This document shows positions 29,201-35,311 of a stretch of 64,000 bases of DNA, in pieces. The notes beneath the pieces are model-generated. The model made no database searches and was not told where the DNA came from. It was given only the letters and a program-made list of their open reading frames with translations. Both the position numbers and the translations under genes were made by a program. The stretch spans positions 41,740 to 105,739 of the forward strand of contig JAXDTJ010000018.1 in assembly GCA_034090015.1 (NCBI GenBank), given 5' to 3'. This DNA comes from Paludibacteraceae bacterium (GTDB lineage: Bacteria > Bacteroidota > Bacteroidia > Bacteroidales > Paludibacteraceae). Numbering within the stretch: the first letter of the stretch is position 1; each line of letters opens with the position of its first letter.

Positions 29201-32200
29201 CACGGCACTACGATCCACAAGACCATAGAGGTGGAGCGCGGACAGGGTTACGACTTCGAGGACATCACGCTCCTCCTGCGCTCTACCTGCGATATCATGG
29301 AGTATGCCCTCGCCGCCTTCTCCGTCCATTTCGTACCTGCCGCCACCCCTGTCTCCATGCCTACCCCGCATGACCAATGGGTGCTTAACACGCAGTCCGC
29401 ACGCGACTCCGCAGGCTACTACCTACCCGTCTCCATCGACGGCTTCGACATCCACTCCGACGGCTTCGACCATATCGAGTTGCAGTACAAGCCCCACACC
29501 GCCTCCGATGCTGATTGGGTGAACATCTGCTCCTACTACGTCTCCGACAGCCTCTACGAGCAGGCATCGGGCACCAAGCAGCGTATCGCGGGCAGCAAGA
29601 TAGACAACATCCGTTTCTACGGCGGGCGCGACCCCATGGAGCAGGAGTACGACCTCCGTGCTATGGCGTTCGCACGCTACGGCAACGGCTTCGTTACTCG
29701 CGCCTCGGAGGTGCTCCACGGCGTGAAAGACACACGCCGACCCGAACTCTTCGGCACCCCAACGCCTGCCGACGGCATACTTTCCGTAGGCGATGTGCTC
29801 TCGCTGCGTTTCAGCGAACCCATTGCAGGAAACCTATTGGACGAGGATGTTAATTTCGAGGTGATTGGTACGGATGATGTTCTCTCACTCACCACCTCCC
29901 TCCATTTCACAGGCGAATTCTCTTGCTACGCCCGCACAAAGGTTACCCGCAACATGAACGCCCGACCCTTCACCATTGAGGCAATGATTAAACCTACCGG
30001 AAATGCAGCCTTGCAAACCATCTTCGCGCTGGACAACGAGAAAGAGCCTCTGTGGTTCGCATGGGCGGGAGACCATCTCGAAGCACAGATAGGAAAAGTG
30101 CGACTGCAATCCGCCACCGTAGAGCCTATCCTCGACTTCACACGAGTAGCACTTACCTACAACCTGGAGGACTCTATTGCCCGATTCTTTGTTGGAACAC
30201 AAGAGATTAATTATGAATTAAGAATTAAGAATTATGAGCATTCCGAGCACTCCGATAACTCCGAACACTCCGATTACTCAGCAACCAACGCGAAGCCGTC
30301 GTACCATAGTGCTGCTCAACTGATTTGGGGTAACAATGCTACTTATGATGCTCCCTTCCAAGGGGATATGTTGGAAGCACGACTATGGACGAAAGCACTC
30401 ACGCAAGCCGAGTTGGCGCGGTATAAAGACTGCCATCTGACGGGCTACGAGCGCGAACTGGTGGCATATTACCCGATGAACGAAGGGAAAGGCACTACTT
30501 GCGAGGACAAAGCCAATGGTGCCACCCTCACCCTTAACGGCACCTCGTGGGTACTGCCCGAAGGTATGTCTATCCACTTGAACGGCGCAGAGCCTATCTG
30601 TCTCAACGGCGACCTGCTCAGCCGCTCCGACATCGAAGACCTGACCCTGCTCTTCTCCTTCAAGGCAGACGAAAACCTCGCTGATACATCTGAACTCCTG
30701 CATGCAGGCAAGCATACCATGCACCTTACCTCGGATGCCTTGCTATGGAGAACCGACAGCACCGAACGCCGTGCACCGGGGGCTTTTGCAGATGCTCAGT
30801 GGCACCAGTTGGTGGTGGCTATTGACCGCACGAGGAATATAGCCTCTCTGCTTGTGGATGGCAACACACTGCTTGCCACAGCGGCTGACGACATACCCGC
30901 CTTCGCAGACAGTGTCTGGACACTGGGGCAGTCTTTCCGAGGACATATCGATGCTTTCACGCTCTTCGAACAGGCATTGCCTACCTATGTGATAGAACGC
31001 TACAACAATCTCGCACCGCAAGGAGACGAGATGGGACTTATCGCATATATGCCTTTCGGGCAGTATATCCTCCAACCCAACGGACGCTACGAGTTAGTCT
31101 ATTCGCCGGAGAACGCCCGTATCTTCCGCGATGCCGACGGGAATACGGTAGAGAAGCACCAAAAGCTGGTGATGAACAACCTCACACGCTACACCGATAA
31201 AAAGGATTTTGCACCCTTGCGTAATGGGAATGCCCGAAAGAAACTTAACTTCTCGTGGGCAAGCAATGGCGATGAACTGATGATAAACATCAACATGCCC
31301 GACCATGAGATTAACCATCGCAACCTGCTCCTGACGGTGCAGCGCGTGGAGGACCAACATGGCAACGCCATGCTCAGCCCCCACACATGGGCGGCTTATG
31401 TGCACCGGCAGCAACTGCGTTGGGACAACCCGCAGATTAACTATGAGCAACAGGTTCCTGGTTCCGAGTCTCAGGTTTCAAGTGCGCAGCCTTACACCTT
31501 CACCGCCACCATCCGCAACCACGGTGGTACTACGCGGGAGTATCATCTTAACTCCCTTCCCTCGTGGCTCACGGCGCAGCCGGCTTCCGGATTCCTTGCG
31601 CCGCTGGAGACGCAGACCATCACCTTCACTGTGGACGAAGGGCTGAACATCGGCGAATATACCGAGTATATCTACCTGACCGACGACCAACAGTTGGACG
31701 ACCGCTTGTTGCTCAACCTGCACATAAAAGCCACCTGCCCTTGGACACTCGACCAGACGGAACTCAACCGCTCCATGTCGCTAATCGGGCAGGTACAAAT
31801 ACCCGTCGAGAACGGTACAATACAAATAGATACCGACTCACAGGATATGGTGGCAGCCTTCGTTGGCGAGCAGTGCGTGGCTTTGGCTCCCGTGCGGCTG
31901 AATCAGCAGACAAAGCCGGTTACCTACATGACCATCTACGGTAACGATAGCCATGCAGGCAAGGCGCTACGCTTCCAACTCTGGCATGCCAAGAACGGCA
32001 AGGTCTATATCCTTGCCCCGAGCGAAGACATCCCCTTCCGCGCCAACGAATGTTATGGCTGCGAGGGTACACCCATCACGCTCACCGTGACCGACCGACA
32101 GGTGCAACTGCTCACGCTGCAGCCCGGGTGGAATTGGTTCAGCCTGTATCTCAAGCCCACCTATCGCTCGGACCTCACGCGCCTCTTCTGTTCATCCGAC

Positions 32201-33334
32201 GCATGGACGAACGGCGACATCATCAAGAACCCCGAAGAGCAATACTTCGCAGAATATCAGATGAATACCTCGCCAATTCGATGGTATGGTACCCTATCCA
32301 CGATACGGTACCGCAGCATTTTCTTGGCGCATGTGTCGAATCCTATTCTACTGCAGATTGAGGGCGACCGTTTGGACGATGAGGGACGCACGCTCACGCT
32401 TGAGCAGGGGTGGAACGTAATGCCCTATCTCCTGACAGAGAAGCAGTCGCTCACCGACGCCTTGGCTGACTACTACGACGATGCCTCCGAGGGCGACCTC
32501 ATCAAGAGTCGCGATGCCTTTGCTGTCTTCTCCCACGCAGGCAAGTGGGAAGGCAACCTCACATATATGCAACCCGGGCTGGGGTACATGCTCCGCCGCC
32601 TCGCACCCGACCCCTGTACCTTCACTTACTATACTTATAACCCGTTGGAACAAGGGACAGGAAGCCAGGAGTCAAGAATTAATTATGAATTAAGAATTAA
32701 GAAAAAATCGTTCGAGCGTAGCGGAGATAAGAATTATGAGGGCAACGCAAACAACGTAAACAACGCAAACAACGCAAACAACGCGCAGCCTTACACCTCT
32801 GCCACTACCATGTCGCTCATTGCCACGGTGGAATTGGAGCCGGGAGTCAAGAACCAAGAACAAAGACTAAATGGTTCCAACGATGAGATTGCAGAAACGA
32901 AGGTAATAAGTCTTTCATCCTGTGTCCTTTGTCCTTCATCCAATGAAAGCCTTACCCTCGCTGCTTATATCGGCAACAGGCTTGTGGGGGTCGGTTATCC
33001 GCAGCAGGTAGGGACAACGACAGAAGACGCTATCTTCTTCCTATCTATCGCCGATGGCGCAGAGGTGGCAAGTGGGCAGTGGCCAGTGGCCAGTGGTCAG
33101 GAGGTTAGTGGTCAGATACGCTTTGTCCTTCTCTGCAACGGCGAGCCGGTGGCACACGGCACCCAGACCTTGCCTTATCAACAAGATACGGTGGTGGGTA
33201 CCCTACGCAAACCCTATCGTATCACATTCCATACCATAGACGATATGCAAGACAAGCCGTATAAGATATTGGAAAATCAACAAATATACATTATTCGCAA
33301 TGAAAACAAATATAATATCCTTGGCGTTCATTAG
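23264..33334 (+). CDS. giant (3356 aa) secreted surface protein with FN3-like, carboxypeptidase-regulatory-like and three LamG (laminin-G_3) domains
   Basis: Signal peptide MKNRLFFLCVAMLVACGVTMA. FN3-like FLQWNPTSGSVDSFYVYRS. LamG endings IDEVRIFHRVLSQDNV, LEARLWTKALTQAEL and IDAFTLFEQALP. The frame is uninterrupted for 10 kb. Confidence 0.85.
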   Translation: MKNRLFFLCVAMLVACGVTMADNTWFEEGRNFSAYSLGQGKVHVKVLVFARGGTNNHWATTGNGGSFVYAYSSGNTVYALQYEGDNNYNCENDYKGWVKFQVKSGTVIITNSYGGNNSTTYTPSNGWVNLYLSRTGESNTPTYLEFDWYPPTVLDNRSFDLKATITDTRKYGDTWTHTWYLGSFSGLSLQAPMLYQPVFYSVGEDGQPGHGQVAIPYVVYQEPKSYTTSTTGNTTFICKERTGQLLAKTTDTVQYGFSANFTVVREDKTTTVVTSSKVDIPAFHRIYDFKAEHYVPEGMDSMWYIKTKTTLSWKVRTPWATDIMPMDMFQIQRAYHPDFSDAETLALIPYETGKGTYQWVDDTEGAMKNLRTDTIDMNIYYRVNRVSTTNWGYEGHEWVRTTAIRKNTSLTHFDSDYSNYRKADDFQETRRVLFTLETLTDLNMSYCWDERASIRVRRLAISAVDTIITERVFPGSMVRPLPPDPKRGNPYFSTLYRFDFEDVADIPCCHYEYEVYIDDSQSLLKLDDLYHRYQEPLKLTSLDLYYTDAASIATFRVSDGVYPDRIFLQWNPTSGSVDSFYVYRSTDQRQGGEEIARIAGQHYYIDTDVVPGTVYYYTLMASYLCGGTHQTQFTEQKRGSLSPYGCIRGRITYPNGTGNVGVTVRAEGISGDVASITPNYLYADSTRVVYNSTQDPVSLSGDFSIQMMVKDSDLTIVSGTGHPLLYSTDSTFRLELSGETIRFTMGNQTRLLSLRNEHSQNNDNNIFSLTLTYCAHTQTVTLYRDEQQTATATIPLHNIHSRLRFCCPYSLAPVSSYGVGIDEVRIFHRVLSQDNVRTYSRHALAGDENGLILYYKFDMLSLSDIAIPNIAKMQATDGNGMMAANNALIWDKAKNDDDYRYIHLPGDLITRFEALTDESGNYVLAGIPFANGITYSLTPTAQHGTFRYNGTSSASATITIGNTRPEATAVDFMNTDAVRFSGRILYERSTIPVKGVHFLVNGILATDATGNPVETNESGNFQFELPKAPIRVQAVKDGHCFANDGYLILNGDTLFQPTDNIDAIRFYDRTKVRLIGRIAGGNDQGLLPLGFGLSRNNLGDHICMVLELEGDNAAQIVFDPLDKTLNRLDTTIVHAIDTTQHTDISLQSKRIMIYPDPASGEFFADLFPVKYKVTQLTAQGYSTLTNEKTAMQVIDLTNKLDSQYTYYTDTIQGGAVSRPHQENYDETMVRLGDRTSLAFHDTFRHIYHSPITVTPVQSLYGMEVGYFGVERIAVQRWDGESESQSVALAKEDGTYEYLFGKPIFTEGKYTFNIYAHEDYYYNGDRNLGKHDRVMLHEGEVKIYNGMHSNTEVLTGTLDKDGVCRNMVLRADYPTYTRVDEDAARNIQVTVTYERESHTTEPLRVLVFADRREGTEAISSTTADITLYDILRDPPGSGSFATLSAGASYSASKTWALSVKAGVTLEFEKGVKYAGFVGAVTAVPGLLSAQNYNINTTTPFSIPLVYNYSINKDYSYSYSTTETIRTGSDAYHVGAKADIFMGAVENLYISTCHGMAVLDSLTYLSMAAQKENGTMRHIATARNLQGELRHLVVAPKLTLDMVQDATFCYTQEHILTTVIPKLVAQRNALVLCVDSAAARAKANQEKKRIYYTTMSPDSADFAITRGKGYDFVDPVNNTDNTPEADKVAGINRAILAWTNLIKQNEKEKVNAQYTTDKKTYSVAGGSTLTYSETVTYGSKYNEIPFNLGGSAGASNLSNLWGNAINKTIQTLLQVGGKADSITIESEAPGSKFSFSLKPIANISTQPTYAASEQKSRTYGYTLSPDRFGYMDVQVMRMKDTISDFYQNAEDTLALTGEKANGKLQSYSSFIFRQLAGASRCPWEDADSTLFYQPGTPLSIATARLENPQITIAQREISNVPADQRAIFQIALNNEQTYYTGIGAATLPFELSVMPGSNPNGLKITIDGQPLTSDPLSITLPHGTTIHKTIEVERGQGYDFEDITLLLRSTCDIMEYALAAFSVHFVPAATPVSMPTPHDQWVLNTQSARDSAGYYLPVSIDGFDIHSDGFDHIELQYKPHTASDADWVNICSYYVSDSLYEQASGTKQRIAGSKIDNIRFYGGRDPMEQEYDLRAMAFARYGNGFVTRASEVLHGVKDTRRPELFGTPTPADGILSVGDVLSLRFSEPIAGNLLDEDVNFEVIGTDDVLSLTTSLHFTGEFSCYARTKVTRNMNARPFTIEAMIKPTGNAALQTIFALDNEKEPLWFAWAGDHLEAQIGKVRLQSATVEPILDFTRVALTYNLEDSIARFFVGTQEINYELRIKNYEHSEHSDNSEHSDYSATNAKPSYHSAAQLIWGNNATYDAPFQGDMLEARLWTKALTQAELARYKDCHLTGYERELVAYYPMNEGKGTTCEDKANGATLTLNGTSWVLPEGMSIHLNGAEPICLNGDLLSRSDIEDLTLLFSFKADENLADTSELLHAGKHTMHLTSDALLWRTDSTERRAPGAFADAQWHQLVVAIDRTRNIASLLVDGNTLLATAADDIPAFADSVWTLGQSFRGHIDAFTLFEQALPTYVIERYNNLAPQGDEMGLIAYMPFGQYILQPNGRYELVYSPENARIFRDADGNTVEKHQKLVMNNLTRYTDKKDFAPLRNGNARKKLNFSWASNGDELMININMPDHEINHRNLLLTVQRVEDQHGNAMLSPHTWAAYVHRQQLRWDNPQINYEQQVPGSESQVSSAQPYTFTATIRNHGGTTREYHLNSLPSWLTAQPASGFLAPLETQTITFTVDEGLNIGEYTEYIYLTDDQQLDDRLLLNLHIKATCPWTLDQTELNRSMSLIGQVQIPVENGTIQIDTDSQDMVAAFVGEQCVALAPVRLNQQTKPVTYMTIYGNDSHAGKALRFQLWHAKNGKVYILAPSEDIPFRANECYGCEGTPITLTVTDRQVQLLTLQPGWNWFSLYLKPTYRSDLTRLFCSSDAWTNGDIIKNPEEQYFAEYQMNTSPIRWYGTLSTIRYRSIFLAHVSNPILLQIEGDRLDDEGRTLTLEQGWNVMPYLLTEKQSLTDALADYYDDASEGDLIKSRDAFAVFSHAGKWEGNLTYMQPGLGYMLRRLAPDPCTFTYYTYNPLEQGTGSQESRINYELRIKKKSFERSGDKNYEGNANNVNNANNANNAQPYTSATTMSLIATVELEPGVKNQEQRLNGSNDEIAETKVISLSSCVLCPSSNESLTLAAYIGNRLVGVGYPQQVGTTTEDAIFFLSIADGAEVASGQWPVASGQEVSGQIRFVLLCNGEPVAHGTQTLPYQQDTVVGTLRKPYRITFHTIDDMQDKPYKILENQQIYIIRNENKYNILGVH
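26897..26974. repeat. 78-nt palindromic element in-frame in giant ORF
   Basis: Arms GGAGGTGCGGTCTCCAGGCCGCACC / GGTGCGGTTAGGAGACCGCACCTCC. The left arm is identical to 62935-62959. Confidence 0.85.
30206..30280. repeat. TTAAGAATTATGA words + CACTCCGA words in-frame in giant ORF (LamG domain 2)
   Basis: ATTAATTATGAATTAAGAATTAAGAATTATGAG, then GAGCACTCCGATAACTCCGAACACTCCGATTACTC. Confidence 0.85.
32666..33115. repeat. cluster of five different word-repeat families in-frame in the giant ORF 3' region
   Basis: Five families are present: TTAAGAATT words (32675-32705); CAACGCAAA x~5 (32744-32786); AAGAACC words (32846-32865); the AAGGTAATAAGTCTTTCATCC... copy of the 58204 repeat (32897-32945); and CAGTGGC words (33070-33115). 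Confidence 0.85.
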
Positions 33335-33785
33335 CCTTCTTCTTCTGAGTTCGTGTAAGCGCGAGACGATTTTTCCTACCCACCCGCAGCCGGACTGGCA
33401 GGTGGTGAGCGATGTAGATATGCGTTATAGCATGACATTAGTAGGTGCTCTACCTGAGCACCTACTCGCCGATGCGGACACCGCAGACATCATCGCTGCC
33501 TTCGTAGTAGCCAACTCCGAGAACTCCGACACCCTCTGCTGTGGGCTCACCCATCTCACACCTATCCTCGGCAGCAACGAAAACAACAACGCCACTTACC
33601 TCCGCGCCTTCCTCTATATTACCCTGCCAACGGGGGTGAAGGAAGACTGCCGCATTTTCTTTCGCTACTACGCCACCCGCACACGCTACCTCTACCAAGC
33701 GGAAAGCACCATTCCCTTCCAATCGGATGCCATCATAGGCAACATCTCCGACCCCTACGAGATAGCCTTCGGGGAGCCGAGATGA
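33300..33785 (+). CDS. lipoprotein paralogous to the C-terminal module of the giant protein
   Basis: MKTNIISLAFISLLLLSSC lipobox. The ATG lies 35 nt inside the giant ORF. The sequence pattern SMTLVG...DIIAAFV...IPF...DPYEIAF matches two modules of the giant protein. Confidence 0.65.
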   Translation: MKTNIISLAFISLLLLSSCKRETIFPTHPQPDWQVVSDVDMRYSMTLVGALPEHLLADADTADIIAAFVVANSENSDTLCCGLTHLTPILGSNENNNATYLRAFLYITLPTGVKEDCRIFFRYYATRTRYLYQAESTIPFQSDAIIGNISDPYEIAFGEPR

Positions 33786-33786
33786 A

Positions 33787-33830
33787 AAAAGAGGGTGTGT
33801 CAGAAAGCATGACACACCCTCTTTCTTTGT
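33787..33830 (+). terminator. terminator after giant-ORF/lipoprotein pair
   Basis: Perfect 12-bp stem GAGGGTGTGTCA / TGACACACCCTC followed by TTTCTTTGTT. Confidence 0.75.
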
Positions 33831-33888
33831 TATAGGCGACCTTATAAAAACATGTCTTTATCGTAGATTTTCGTCAAGCCGATAAGCT

Positions 33889-33943
33889 TAGGTGATTCAT
33901 AGGTGATTCTTAGGTGATTCTTAGGTGATTCATAGGTGATTCA
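33889..33943. repeat. TAGGTGATTC(A/T) x5 perfect-register tandem repeat
   Basis: Five 11-bp units. Two inverted copies lie at 56425-56445. Confidence 0.9.
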
Positions 33944-33994
33944 CAGCGAAGCAATCTATCCCGACAAGTCGGGACCAACAGCGAAGCGATCTAT
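33943..33994. repeat. TCCCGAC-AA-GTCGGGA hairpin flanked by direct ACAGCGAAGC(A/G)ATCTAT repeats
   Basis: Same hairpin core as 20001-20029 and 52378-52408. Confidence 0.75.
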
Positions 33995-34053
33995 TTTTAG
34001 GTAGAAAAATACGCGAAAATGTCGTTTTGTTTGCATATATGGGAAAAAAGTGG

Positions 34054-34061
34054 TAACTTTG
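34054..34061 (+). promoter_or_regulatory. -7 box TAACTTTG for polyamine operon
   Basis: AAAAAAGTGGTAACTTTG context, 279 nt before the speB ATG. Confidence 0.45.
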
Positions 34062-34071
34062 TCGCCCCAAT

Positions 34072-34336
34072 AAATTTACGAATTACGATTTACGAATTAC
34101 GATTTTCCGTTAAAGACCATTAAAAGACCATTAAAAGTTTAAGTTATACTCCGTTAATTGCCGTTAATTATTCGTTAATTTTTTTGCCTCCATTAAAGAC
34201 CATTAAAGGTTCATTAAAGGCAAAGTTTTAATGGTTCTTTAATGGGCTTTAACGGAGAAAACAAAAAGAAATTAATGAATAATTAACGGTCATTAACGGA
34301 GAACGAAAATAATTAACGGGCATTAACGGAAAACGA
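34072..34336. repeat. word-repeat leader of polyamine operon (CGTAAAT, CCATTAAAG, CCGTTAAT words) with nested inverted repeats
   Basis: 34150-34182 is a near-perfect complement of 34270-34301. The inner pair is 34190-34220 / 34226-34247. Confidence 0.8.
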
Positions 34337-34340
34337 GATT

Positions 34341-35228
34341 ATGGAGAATTTTGCCGGATTAAGCGGGCGTTGGGCGGACGAAAAGACCGCGCGGATAGTG
34401 GTGTTGCCTGTGCCTTATGACAAGACGAGTTCGTGGGTACACGGTGCGGAGAAGGGACCGGAAGCCTTCTTGGAGGCGAGCGTGCAGTTGGAGTGGCTGG
34501 ACACGGAGACGCGGACGGAGGTCTATCGTCAGGGTATCCATACCGCCGCGCCCGTAACGGAAGACCGCACGCCGGCGTTGCTATGCGAGGCGGTGGAAGA
34601 ACGCATGGGGGCACTATGGGACGCGGGGAAGTTCCCCTGCATGATAGGCGGCAACCACACGGTGTCTATCGGTGCTTGCCGCGCGGCGGCGAAGCGTTTT
34701 GAGGGGCTGACGGTGCTGCAATTAGACGCACACAGCGACCTGCGACCCGAATACGAGGGGTCGGAGTTGAACCACGCCTGCATCATGAAAGAGGCGCAGA
34801 AAGTGGCGAAGACGGTGCAGGTGGGGATCCGCAGCCAGTGCGTAGAAGAGGCGGAGAACGCTGCGAAGAGCACGATTATATGGGCGCGCGAGATATGGGA
34901 AGACGAGACCTTCGGGCAGCGACCTGCCTCGGCGAGCGAGAGTTGGGCGTGGGAGAAGCGGGTATATGATGCGCTGACGGAGAATGTGTATCTGACCATC
35001 GACCTCGATGTGTTCGACCCTGCTTATCTGCCCTCTACGGGTACGCCGGAGCCCGGGGGCATGGGCTACTATCAGGTGCTGCACCTGCTGCGACCTGTGT
35101 TCGAGCGATACAACGTGGTGGGGTTTGATATCGTGGAACTCTGTCCGAGCCCGACCCGCCAAGCGCATGCGTCGCAGTACCTCGCCGCACGGCTGGCATA
35201 TCAGTTGATGACATACAAATTTATTTGA
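34341..35228 (+). CDS. speB: agmatinase (arginase/ureohydrolase family)
   Basis: GGNHTVSIG, LDAHSDL and DLDVFDP Mn-binding motifs, in a polyamine gene context. Confidence 0.85.
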   Translation: MENFAGLSGRWADEKTARIVVLPVPYDKTSSWVHGAEKGPEAFLEASVQLEWLDTETRTEVYRQGIHTAAPVTEDRTPALLCEAVEERMGALWDAGKFPCMIGGNHTVSIGACRAAAKRFEGLTVLQLDAHSDLRPEYEGSELNHACIMKEAQKVAKTVQVGIRSQCVEEAENAAKSTIIWAREIWEDETFGQRPASASESWAWEKRVYDALTENVYLTIDLDVFDPAYLPSTGTPEPGGMGYYQVLHLLRPVFERYNVVGFDIVELCPSPTRQAHASQYLAARLAYQLMTYKFI

Positions 35229-35305
35229 CAATTGGACAATTTACAATTTGACAATTATGCGCCGCATGGCTAATTGTAAAATTGTCAATTGTAAAATTGT
35301 AAAAT
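35224..35305. repeat. GACAATTT-word hairpin between speB and nspC
   Basis: Loop TGCGCCGCATGGC. The speB TGA lies inside the first word. Confidence 0.85.
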
Positions 35306-35311
35306 GATACC

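Noticed and set aside
33889-33943. Possible CRISPR array (also 63646-63734 and 58204-58404)
   Set aside because: The repeats are 7-13 nt and directly abut each other with no unique spacers. No cas genes are in the window.
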